A stretch of 64,000 nt of DNA from an uncultured delta proteobacterium. GTDB lineage: Bacteria > Myxococcota_A > Polyangia > Polyangiales > JAFGIB01. Each line of letters opens with the position of its first letter. Position 1 is the stretch's first letter. Below are positions 19,076 to 27,961 of this stretch, in pieces. Location of the stretch: positions 512,001 to 576,000 of the forward strand of contig CAVZVA010000010.1 of NCBI GenBank assembly GCA_963778655.1. Direction: 5' to 3'. Below the pieces are notes generated by a model that was not told where the DNA came from, ran no database searches, and saw nothing but the letters and a program-made list of their open reading frames with translations. Both the position numbers and the translations under genes were made by a program.

Positions 19076-20562
19076 GACGTTTCACGGCCATCGCAGTGTT
19101 GCTGTTGATCGGCCTGCGCAGCAGCACGACGCGCGCCGATCCTGCGCTCAGCCCGTCGAGCGCCGAGCAGGCGCCCTCCGCCGAGCAGGCAGCCCCAGAG
19201 ACCCCGCCGCCCGCCGGCGCGGGCTCACAGGCACCGGCGCCGGAACCGACACCGGCGCCGAGCATCGACTGGCAGCACGCGTGGAGACCACCGCCCCCCG
19301 TCGATGCGCCGAGCCCACCGACCACGCAAGCCCCCACGGGCGCCTCGGCCGACTCCATGGGCGCCTCGGCCGACTCACAGCGCGATCAAGAGCGACCCGA
19401 CGCGGTTCCGGAAGGCGAAGCGCCCGAGGACGACGGCCAGCCCGTCACCGGCACGCTCCGAGGCGGCGTCTACGCCGACAGCGATCGGACGACCGTTCTG
19501 CGCGCGCTGGGGGTGGTGGCGCACAGTTGGGAGCACTGGGCGCTGAGCGGAAGCCTCGGCGTCGACTCGGTGACCAGCGCCTCGGTCGACGTGCGCTCGT
19601 CGCCGGCGCTGAGCAAAGTCGATGTGATCACCAGCGCGTCCGGCCGCAGCTCGACCTCCGGGGGCAAGATGACCGACACGCGTTTCCAGGCCACCGGTAC
19701 GATCGGCTGGAAGGGCGGCTCGGGTGCCGCCGTGAACCTCACGACCGCGGCGGCCAAGGAGCGTGACTACGCCAGCGTCAGCGGCGGGCTCAACGGATCG
19801 GTCGACGTGCTCGACCGATCGATTACGCTGCTCGGCGGCGCCGCGCTCACGGACAACTGGGTTTCGAGCGTCCTCGATGCGAGCCTACATCGCAAGATGC
19901 TTGCGCCAGCGTGGTCGGCCGGGGCTGCGTTCGTGCTGACGCCCGACGACGCGCTGCGGCTGCGCTACGACGGCAAGGCCTCGGAAGGCTACCAATCGTC
20001 ACCCTACCGCAGCGTGCGTTTCGGCGACTGGACGGCGCGTCTGGGAACGCAACAGATCACCTTCATGAACACGATCGGATCCGCCGCGGGGCTGCCGGAA
20101 CATGTGCCCGAGAGCCGGGTGAGTCACGCCGCGGTGTTGGAGTGGCTGCACTCACTGGGGCCCGACTTAGGGCTTCATCCGGAGCTGCGAGTCTCACGGG
20201 ACACCTGGAGCATCGAGAGCTTGAGCGCCGGCGTCGACTTGCGGGTCGCAGCCCACGCGTGGCGCCTGCAGGCCGGCTACCGATTCTACCTGCAGTCGAA
20301 GGCCTACTTCTTCCAAGACAAGTACATCGACGCGCCGGCCGCCTACCCATACTACAGCTCCGACAAGGAGCTCGGAGACGAGGTCGGTCACCTGGTGCGG
20401 CTGGACCTGGCATTCGTGCTGAGCGACGCCTACGGCCCCAACGAGTCGCGCGCACTGCTGAACCTCCAGCTCGAAGGCGCTCACTACAAGTACCCGGGCT
20501 TCGTGCTGCTGCCGTCGCGCGACAGCATCTTCGCGGGGTTAGGGATCACGTGGGAGCTCTGA
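19072..20562 (+). CDS. DUF3570 domain protein (outer-membrane beta-barrel)
   Basis: Overlaps the DUF4266 stop; VDSVTSASVD, ERDY, GYQSSPYRSV, YRFYLQ, SSDKEL motifs; C-terminal aromatic strand; start uncertain. Confidence 0.82.
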   Translation: MRRFTAIAVLLLIGLRSSTTRADPALSPSSAEQAPSAEQAAPETPPPAGAGSQAPAPEPTPAPSIDWQHAWRPPPPVDAPSPPTTQAPTGASADSMGASADSQRDQERPDAVPEGEAPEDDGQPVTGTLRGGVYADSDRTTVLRALGVVAHSWEHWALSGSLGVDSVTSASVDVRSSPALSKVDVITSASGRSSTSGGKMTDTRFQATGTIGWKGGSGAAVNLTTAAAKERDYASVSGGLNGSVDVLDRSITLLGGAALTDNWVSSVLDASLHRKMLAPAWSAGAAFVLTPDDALRLRYDGKASEGYQSSPYRSVRFGDWTARLGTQQITFMNTIGSAAGLPEHVPESRVSHAAVLEWLHSLGPDLGLHPELRVSRDTWSIESLSAGVDLRVAAHAWRLQAGYRFYLQSKAYFFQDKYIDAPAAYPYYSSDKELGDEVGHLVRLDLAFVLSDAYGPNESRALLNLQLEGAHYKYPGFVLLPSRDSIFAGLGITWEL

Positions 20563-20943
20563 GCCTAAGGAGCACGGCCTTGAGATCGACCAGATGGTGC
20601 GCGCTGAGCCCATGCAGAACGCCCGATCCTGCGGGTGCCGGCAGCGCTCCTCCTCCGCCGTGACGCGGCAGCACATCCCCGCGCTATCGTCGCGCCACCG
20701 AGCGCGATCCGCACGCAGCACGCCCCTGCATCGGCATGACTTGATCGCGCCCGACACGGGCGCTATCCCGCGCTGATGGGCCAGCACCAGAGCTCGGCGG
20801 CCCCGACGACCGCGCGGCCTCCCAGGCTCGGGCACAGGACGCGGGAACCCAGAGGCGCGGGCGGGCGATCGCACGGCGCCCGGCTGGGTCGGGGACACTT
20901 GGCCGCGGGTGAGCCTACGTGGTAGAGGCGAGGACTCGCGGCC

Positions 20944-23900
20944 ATGTGGGGAACCTTCGCTTTCACGCTCGAGGGGGCACGTTTTTTGCTGGCGGACGCG
21001 TTCGAGGGGGACGCGCTGGGCGCAGAGTGGTCGCGGATGGAGCCGGGCGCGGCGCTCGCGGTCTTCGATGCGCTGATCCGGCGCTCCAGCGACGCCGATG
21101 GCGTGCTCGCACGCATCTTGAGCGAGGTCGACGGCCGTCCGACCGATGACGCGACCACCGCGGTCGGCGCGAGAGCGAGACGCGAGCGGGTCATGCGGGA
21201 GCTGGGCGATCCGGTGGGCCGTATCGCGCTGTTCGAACGCCAGCCGCCCTCGCTCTCCGGCCCCGCCCCGCGCGACCTCGAGCCGGTGGTGCTGGCCGAG
21301 CCCGAGCCGGAGCAGGACGAAGCCACGTTCATCACCTTCGAGCTGTTCGACCAGACGGGCGAGCGCCTGCAGGGCTTGCCGTTCGAGCTCGAGATCGACG
21401 GCGACGTGGTCCAGACCGGCACGCTGCAGCTCGGGCACGTGCACCGCGAGGATTCGGATCCCGGCGCGAGCGGTACGCTGCGGCTGCCAGAAGAAGAGTC
21501 CGTCACCGACCAGAGCCTGACCATTCGCCTCACCGGCACGGACGGCAAGCCGGTCGCGGCCGCGGCCTTCGAGCTGGTGCTAGCCGACGGTACGCGGCGC
21601 ACGGGCACGCTCGACGACGCGGGCAGCACCACGCTGTCTCAGTTGGCTGCGGGCAAGGCCTTGCTCTCGTTCAGCGATCCCCCACCGGCGGCGTTCTTGC
21701 TCGGCGCCCGACCGGTCGACGGCCGGCGCATCGAGGTCGCTGTCGGCGGCACGGCCGAGATCACGCTCGGGCCGCGCGAGCTGCCGGTGCTGGAGCTCGG
21801 CGACATCAACTTCCGGCTGGACCGCGCGGTGTTCGCGCCGCCGCTGTCCGAGGCAGAAATCGCGCGCACCTCGGGCAAGGACCCGCAGGCCGAGCCGGTC
21901 GGACCGCCCGCGCCCGAGCAGCGCGCGCTCGCAGCCGAGGCGGTGCTCGCCCGTGCGTTCCGCTTCCTGGCGCAGAACCCGCACAAGCTGGTGTGCCTGG
22001 CGGGCCATACCGACAAGAGCGGATCCTCGTCACACAACGACAAGTTGTCGGAGGACCGTGCGCTCAGCGTCGCGCTCTACCTCAAGGCCGGCGCCCGCGC
22101 CGAGTGGGCCGAGCACGCATTCAAGAACGCGCAGGCCGACGATTACCAGCAAGCGCTGACGCTCGCGCACCTGGTGCGCGGCTACTACTGCAACCCGCGC
22201 GGCATCGACGGCGACTTCGGCGACAAGAGCAAACAGGCGCTGAAGAGCTTCAAGCTCGCCTACAACGCGGACTTCGCAGGCTCGCTGAAGGTGGACGACC
22301 AGCGTCGCGAGGAAGACTGGCTCGCGTTCTACGACATCTACGACGGCGTGCTCGCGCCGTGTCTGGGGTTGACGCCCGAGCAGCTCGCGCTGGAGCGCGA
22401 GCGCGTGGTGCTCACCGAGCCGGCGGTGCTCGGCTGCGGCGAGCGCTTCCCGCTCGGCGACGCCGGCGACCCCGACGCTCCGCCGGCGCAGTACGCCCCA
22501 CGCGACCGCCGCGTCGACATCCTGTTCCTCGACGCCGACGATCGCGCCGACCTGCGCGCGCAGCCGCCGGGGGACGCGATCTACGGAAAAGGCGCGTTCG
22601 TGCTGCAGGGCATCCCCGTCACCGACTTCCCACCGCGTCCCGAGCGGCCGGTGATCGAGGTGCTCGAGGTGAGCGATGCCAACTTCGACAGCGGCCATTG
22701 CGTGCTGTTGCCCTCCACCATCCCCGGCGTCGACGCGCCCGGGATCAGCGCGAAACACACCTTTGGCAAGCTGTTCAAGACGCTGTCGGCCAACAACGAC
22801 CAGCGCCTGCTCTGCATCGCCGGCCACACCGACAGTCAGGGCAGCGACGCCGACAATGACGCGCTCTCCGCGGACCGCGCCGAGAACGTGCTGCGCTACC
22901 TCACGGGCGATCTCGATGGCTGGGCCGAGCACGCGTTCGCGCGCCACAAGGATTCCGACTACCAGCGCATCTTGCGGTGGATCTCGATGCAGCAGGGCTG
23001 GAGCGACGCCGACCCCGGGGAGATCGACGGCAAGCTCGGCAGCAAGTCCAAGGCCGCGCTGAAGGCGTTCCGCCGGCACTTCAATCAGAGCTTCGCCGGC
23101 CAAGCCGGATTCGCGCTCGACGAGGACGCCGATCCGTTCGAGGGCGACTTTCACGGCTTCTTCTTCCTGTATGATCTGGCGCTCGCGCAGGAGCTGAAGA
23201 CCGACGACGCGGGCTTGGCCGAGGCGCGCGGCAACCTGCGCTTCGCCCCGATCGGCGCGCTCGGCTGCGGCGAGCACTGGACGATCGAGGCGATCGGCGA
23301 GGACGATCATCCGAGCAAGCGCAACCGCCGCGTCGACATCCTGCTGCTCGATCCCGACAACCTGCCTGAGCTGCACGTGCTGCCGCTGGGCTTGATCGTG
23401 TACGGCCTGGGGCGCTTCGAGCTGAAGTACATCAACCAGAAGATCCGCGTACCGGTGCTCGACTTGGCGGACACGCACTTCAGGACCAACCGCGCGGTGC
23501 TGGCACCCGCCCCGAGGGCGCCCGCTTCCGCGAACAGCACGCAGAGCACCGCCGCCCCTGAACCAGCTTTCGAGCGCCGTTTCGCCGACCTGTTCAAGGT
23601 CCTCGAGCGCTTTCCGAACAAGCAGTTGCTGGTCGCCGGCCATACCGACTCGGTCGGCAGCGAGCAGAGCAACGACGAGCTGTCCGCGGACCGCGCCGAG
23701 AGCGTGCTGTTCTACGTCGCCGGCAAGAAGGACGCCTGGGCTGACCACGCCCAGAAGCACTCGGCCGCGGAAGACTACCAACAGGCGCTGACCTGGGTCG
23801 CCCAGCAGAAGCCGCAGTACGGCTGCGATCCGAACGGCATCGACAACGACTTCGGTGGCGGCAGCAAGCGCGCGCTGGTCGCGTTCAAGCGCGGGTACAA

Positions 23901-24687
23901 CGCCGAATTCGGCAAGAAGCTACCCGAGGACGACACGCGCAGAAAGGACGACTGGGGCGCGTTCTATGACCTTTACGACGACGTAATTTCGAGCCTGCTG
24001 GGGCTCGAGGGCAGGTTTGCCGAGCGACAGAAGGCGCTCGACGAACGACGGGCCAAGATCACGTTCACCGATCCCGCCGCTGTCGGCTGCGGCGAGCACT
24101 TCACGATCGAGCGTGCCGGTGAGGATGCCGTGCCCAGCAAGCGCAACCGGCGCGTCGACGTGCTGCTGTTCGACCCGGGCGAGCTGCCTCCGATCGAGAC
24201 CGATCCGCCGGGCGAAGCGATCTACGCGATGGGTCGATTCTCGATGCTGGACGCCTCGTGGATGGCGAGCGCGCAGTCGCTGCGGCTGTCGGTGTTGCAG
24301 GATCTCACCCAGCCGGCGCTGGTCGGCCGCGCGTATCGCCTGACCATGCGCCAACAGCAGTTCGAGGACGTGATCCCGGAGGACGGCATCATCGAGCAGC
24401 CGATTCCGCCGGGGGCGACGCAGGCCGTGCTGGCGGTGCGGGTCTTCGACGGGGTGGACACCGAGTACCGCTGGAGGCTGTCGATCGAACCGGTGCCTCC
24501 GGCTGCGAGCTCGGACGGGTGTCGCAAGCGCCTCTCCAATCTCGGCCTCGAGCCCGGAGCGGGCGCGACCGAGTCCGATCCGCGCTCGGAGCTCGCAATG
24601 CAGCACTTCCTGGAACGCCGCGGGCTCGACCCCGCGCAACTGAGCGATGCGGAGCGGACGGACGAGCTGAAGAAAGTATTTGCCTGA
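20944..24687 (+). CDS. Large protein with three tandem OmpA-like domains, each with a PG-binding-like insertion, plus beta-sandwich adaptor-like and C-terminal PG-binding-like domains
   Basis: Three copies of AGHTD-x2-GS-x3-N-x2-LS-x-DRA ... GCGE ... RRVD, each interrupted by (G/E)IDG/N-x-F/LG-x2-SK-x-AL-x2-F; no signal peptide. Confidence 0.85.
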   Translation: MWGTFAFTLEGARFLLADAFEGDALGAEWSRMEPGAALAVFDALIRRSSDADGVLARILSEVDGRPTDDATTAVGARARRERVMRELGDPVGRIALFERQPPSLSGPAPRDLEPVVLAEPEPEQDEATFITFELFDQTGERLQGLPFELEIDGDVVQTGTLQLGHVHREDSDPGASGTLRLPEEESVTDQSLTIRLTGTDGKPVAAAAFELVLADGTRRTGTLDDAGSTTLSQLAAGKALLSFSDPPPAAFLLGARPVDGRRIEVAVGGTAEITLGPRELPVLELGDINFRLDRAVFAPPLSEAEIARTSGKDPQAEPVGPPAPEQRALAAEAVLARAFRFLAQNPHKLVCLAGHTDKSGSSSHNDKLSEDRALSVALYLKAGARAEWAEHAFKNAQADDYQQALTLAHLVRGYYCNPRGIDGDFGDKSKQALKSFKLAYNADFAGSLKVDDQRREEDWLAFYDIYDGVLAPCLGLTPEQLALERERVVLTEPAVLGCGERFPLGDAGDPDAPPAQYAPRDRRVDILFLDADDRADLRAQPPGDAIYGKGAFVLQGIPVTDFPPRPERPVIEVLEVSDANFDSGHCVLLPSTIPGVDAPGISAKHTFGKLFKTLSANNDQRLLCIAGHTDSQGSDADNDALSADRAENVLRYLTGDLDGWAEHAFARHKDSDYQRILRWISMQQGWSDADPGEIDGKLGSKSKAALKAFRRHFNQSFAGQAGFALDEDADPFEGDFHGFFFLYDLALAQELKTDDAGLAEARGNLRFAPIGALGCGEHWTIEAIGEDDHPSKRNRRVDILLLDPDNLPELHVLPLGLIVYGLGRFELKYINQKIRVPVLDLADTHFRTNRAVLAPAPRAPASANSTQSTAAPEPAFERRFADLFKVLERFPNKQLLVAGHTDSVGSEQSNDELSADRAESVLFYVAGKKDAWADHAQKHSAAEDYQQALTWVAQQKPQYGCDPNGIDNDFGGGSKRALVAFKRGYNAEFGKKLPEDDTRRKDDWGAFYDLYDDVISSLLGLEGRFAERQKALDERRAKITFTDPAAVGCGEHFTIERAGEDAVPSKRNRRVDVLLFDPGELPPIETDPPGEAIYAMGRFSMLDASWMASAQSLRLSVLQDLTQPALVGRAYRLTMRQQQFEDVIPEDGIIEQPIPPGATQAVLAVRVFDGVDTEYRWRLSIEPVPPAASSDGCRKRLSNLGLEPGAGATESDPRSELAMQHFLERRGLDPAQLSDAERTDELKKVFA

Positions 24688-24720
24688 GGGGGCCAAGGCT
24701 CGAGGAGCTCGGGATTGACC

Positions 24721-26532
24721 ATGTACGGATGCCACGATTTGAGGCGGGACGACATCGACCGCGATCCCAGCAACGGCAATGCACCCAAATGGGGCGGCAT
24801 CGCTGGCGCCCCGAATGCCACGCCCGGTTGCCCGGCTCCGCCGCTGGCGGCAGCGCCGGGGAGCGCGGCGGTGGTGGCGGTGCCGCAGCACGTGCGCAAG
24901 CTGCAGGAGGATCTGCGCTCGCTCGGCTTCAGCGTGGTCGGCGCTCCGAGCGGGACCTTTGACCTGCACACCGAGTGGGCGGTGCGCGAGCTGCAGATCT
25001 ACGCCAAGATGCCGCACGTGGCGCGGGTGAGCCCGACCGCGCCGGCGAACGCCCAGCAGGGCGCGCACCTGGTCACCGCGCTCGGGCAGCATGCGACGCA
25101 GCTACTCTCGATCTACGTGGCGTCGCTCGAGCAGGCGGGCAACGGCGCGATCTACGCGGGCGCGATCACGGGCGTGGTCGACGGAGCCACGCGCGACGTC
25201 ATCGAGCACTGGCTCGCGCACAACTTTCGCTGTCCGGTAATCGTCGAGGCATGGAGCATCCGGGCAGGCGCGCGCTCGAGCTTGACCCAGTCGAACATCT
25301 GGAGACACGACGACCTCGCATCCAGTGCGCCGCGCATGTTCGTTCGCGACTTCAGCGACCACTACGCCTTCCCCCCGACCAAGAGCTCCACCGACATGCA
25401 ACCACTCGGCGAGTTCGTAACCTTCGGGGCTCACAGCGGGCCCCGCTCCGAGCCGCCGCACCACACCTGGCCCGAGGCGGAGGTCACGCCCGACGCGCTG
25501 ATCGGTCGCGCCGCCCTCAGCGCCGCCGAGACCTCGACCTTCAAGGTTGTGCGCTCGGTGTCCGAGGTCGAGTGCATCGGTTTCCTGGACTGCGTCAACA
25601 GCTACGACAACGCATTCCTGTCGATGGGGCCGTGCCATTGGACCCTGGGCATCGAATCGCCGAGCCCGCCCCTGCCCAACGTCGCGCCCGGCGAGCTCTG
25701 CGGCTATCTCTCCTATCTGCGCCAGATCGACCCAGCCGCCTTCAGCGCTGCGATCGAGTTCTTCGGTGTGCGGGCGACCCCGGATTGGGCTCACGGCGGC
25801 GTGGCGAACGGGGCCGCGCTGTTTGTGAGCACCCAGCGCAAGTACGCGGGGCGGATGGCGCGGGTCACCGCGGCCGGCGCAGCGGTCACCATGCCGGACT
25901 CGATCAACGAGTGGCTCTATTTCAAGACCTGGCACTGGTTCTATCGCTTCGTGATGGCCGGCCGCACCAACACCGGATACCGGCGCCGCATCTGGGACAT
26001 GGCGCGGATCCGCCTGCGCGACATCCGAAACACGCCCTGGGGTCGCGCCGGCGTGGCGAACGTGGGGACGCCCCCTCATGCCCGGCCCGCCACGATCGGG
26101 GACGTCTTCACCTCGGAGAAGGCGAGCGCGATCATACTGCGCTGGCACGTTCGCTTTCCCGCGCACGTGGTCTCGGCGCTGGGCGCCGCCGCGGTGACCC
26201 CGTTCACGCACAGCAGCGCCGGCGCCGGCAGCCATCTCGACAGTGCGCTCGGGCGGGCGCGCAGCGCCGCCTCGACGCTGACGTGGACCGGGGATCCGAG
26301 CCTGTGGACCGACGACCACGAGCGCGCGCTAGTCCAGGGGCTACTCGACGAAGTCGCCGCGGTCGGTAACGCAGAGCTGCAGCGCAGCGTCGGCGTGGCC
26401 GCGGGCTTTCCGGTCTGGAGCGCGGGACACAATCCGCGCGGATTTCGGCTGACCGCTCCACTCACTCCGCATTCCGACCATCGCAACTCGTTCGACTTCG
26501 ACGCCGCGGGCTTGCCCCCAGCTCCGCCGTAG
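24721..26532 (+). CDS. Peptidoglycan-binding domain protein with putative lysozyme-like catalytic domain
   Basis: VRKLQEDLRSLGF...GTFDLHTEWAVRELQ (PG_binding_1-like); SEVEC...VNSYDNAFLSMGPCHWT; no signal peptide. Confidence 0.72.
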   Translation: MYGCHDLRRDDIDRDPSNGNAPKWGGIAGAPNATPGCPAPPLAAAPGSAAVVAVPQHVRKLQEDLRSLGFSVVGAPSGTFDLHTEWAVRELQIYAKMPHVARVSPTAPANAQQGAHLVTALGQHATQLLSIYVASLEQAGNGAIYAGAITGVVDGATRDVIEHWLAHNFRCPVIVEAWSIRAGARSSLTQSNIWRHDDLASSAPRMFVRDFSDHYAFPPTKSSTDMQPLGEFVTFGAHSGPRSEPPHHTWPEAEVTPDALIGRAALSAAETSTFKVVRSVSEVECIGFLDCVNSYDNAFLSMGPCHWTLGIESPSPPLPNVAPGELCGYLSYLRQIDPAAFSAAIEFFGVRATPDWAHGGVANGAALFVSTQRKYAGRMARVTAAGAAVTMPDSINEWLYFKTWHWFYRFVMAGRTNTGYRRRIWDMARIRLRDIRNTPWGRAGVANVGTPPHARPATIGDVFTSEKASAIILRWHVRFPAHVVSALGAAAVTPFTHSSAGAGSHLDSALGRARSAASTLTWTGDPSLWTDDHERALVQGLLDEVAAVGNAELQRSVGVAAGFPVWSAGHNPRGFRLTAPLTPHSDHRNSFDFDAAGLPPAPP

Positions 26533-26593
26533 AGCCGGTCGAGCAATCGACGAGCATTGACCCTGCGATTGCCTCTGGACACCATGCGTCGAG

Positions 26594-27679
26594 ATGTTCC
26601 GGCCAACCTTTGCGGTGCTCGCGCTCTGTGCGCTCGCTTGCGGCTGTCGCACCCGGCCCGAGCGACCGGCGCCCGCGTACGCTCGCCACGCGGAGCCAGC
26701 GAGCGCCGCGGCCCCGGCGCCCGTGCGCGCGAGACCTGCCGCGGTCGCCCCCGGCGCACCGGCGCCCCCAGCCGGCCGCCTGTGCCAGGGCGCGACGGTC
26801 GCGCCGCAGTGGCTCGACCCGGTGGGCACGCCGCGCCGCCGCTTGGTGCTGGCGCACGAAGTGCCGCAGCGGCCCCAGGACATCGGCGTCGAGCGATGGC
26901 GCGGAGATCTCGACGGCGATGGCGCGCAAGACTCGATCGTACGCCTGGGCTTTCCCGATTTCGCGGCGAGCTGGCACGACCTCGCAATGGCAGTGCTGAT
27001 CGATTGCGGCGGCGGGCGCATGGCGTACGCGCTGCCGGCCACGCCTGCGGTCGACGTGGTGCCCGGCGAGGGCTCGCACGCGGGCTTTCGTGATCTGCTG
27101 CAGCTCGACCTGCAGCAACAGCAGCCGCTGCGCTTCGATGGCCACGGCTACGTGGCGGCGGGCGCTCCCGTGCCGATCAGCGTCAGCGGCGAAACAGCCG
27201 AGGCGCAGACGCAGCGCCCGCCGGATCCGCCTGCGGTTCGAGACTTGTGCGCCCACGGCAGGCCGCTGCGCGTGCACTGGTTGGAACCGGACGCGGTGGA
27301 GGGCCGCTGCTTCGTTGCGCTCGACGAGTGGGAAGACGGCGCCGGCCCGCAGGGTAGGCGGTGGCGCGGCGACCTCGACGGCGACGGCGCGCAAGACGAC
27401 GCGATCCTGGACTTCCACATGTGCGGCAACGAGGGCGAGTGCGTGTTCGCGCCGGTGATCGGCTGCGCAGACGGGCACAGCGTCTTCGCCGCCGAGCCCG
27501 ACTATGCAGTGGACCTCGCGCCCCGGGCCGATGGCGCGCGTCACGGGGGCGTGCGTGACCTGACGATAACCCTGCGCACGACTGTCACCGATCGCGGCGG
27601 CGTCTCGACCAAGGCGGTGGCCATACCGAAGACGATGCGCTTCACAAACGGGCGCTATCGTAGGCCTGCCGTCCCCTGA
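26594..27679 (+). CDS. Lipoprotein with an internally duplicated domain containing RWRGDLDGDGAQD
   Basis: LACGC lipobox; two homologous halves (LC...WL[DE]P...RWRGDLDGDGAQD...C..G...G.RDL). Confidence 0.75.
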   Translation: MFRPTFAVLALCALACGCRTRPERPAPAYARHAEPASAAAPAPVRARPAAVAPGAPAPPAGRLCQGATVAPQWLDPVGTPRRRLVLAHEVPQRPQDIGVERWRGDLDGDGAQDSIVRLGFPDFAASWHDLAMAVLIDCGGGRMAYALPATPAVDVVPGEGSHAGFRDLLQLDLQQQQPLRFDGHGYVAAGAPVPISVSGETAEAQTQRPPDPPAVRDLCAHGRPLRVHWLEPDAVEGRCFVALDEWEDGAGPQGRRWRGDLDGDGAQDDAILDFHMCGNEGECVFAPVIGCADGHSVFAAEPDYAVDLAPRADGARHGGVRDLTITLRTTVTDRGGVSTKAVAIPKTMRFTNGRYRRPAVP

Positions 27680-27692
27680 CCCATGCGCTGGC

Positions 27693-27735
27693 GCCGAGGA
27701 CTGGCTGCGACGCAGCGCCAAGTCCTTCGGCCTAC
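27693..27735 (-). repeat. GTAG-led imperfect palindrome (REP-like or terminator hairpin)
   Basis: Minus strand reads GTAG-GCCGAAGGACTTGG-CGCTGCGTCGCAG-CCAGTCCTCGGC; intergenic, between convergent genes. Confidence 0.4.
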
Positions 27736-27961
27736 AACTCTTCGACGCCTCGGTTCTGGTACTGATCACCACGCGCTGATTTGGCGGGGCCACACCCTGC
27801 TTTCTTCACGAGGGGCGGCACGCCGGCCTGCGGCCTGTCCCCGGCGGAGTGAATCGGCCGGGGCCCCTCCCCACGCGGGGCCGCGTTCCGCTGCACTTTC
27901 GCGAGAGGAGAAGGCGCGTCTGCTCAGCACGAGCTCCACACCCGCCGCACCGACGCCGCCG

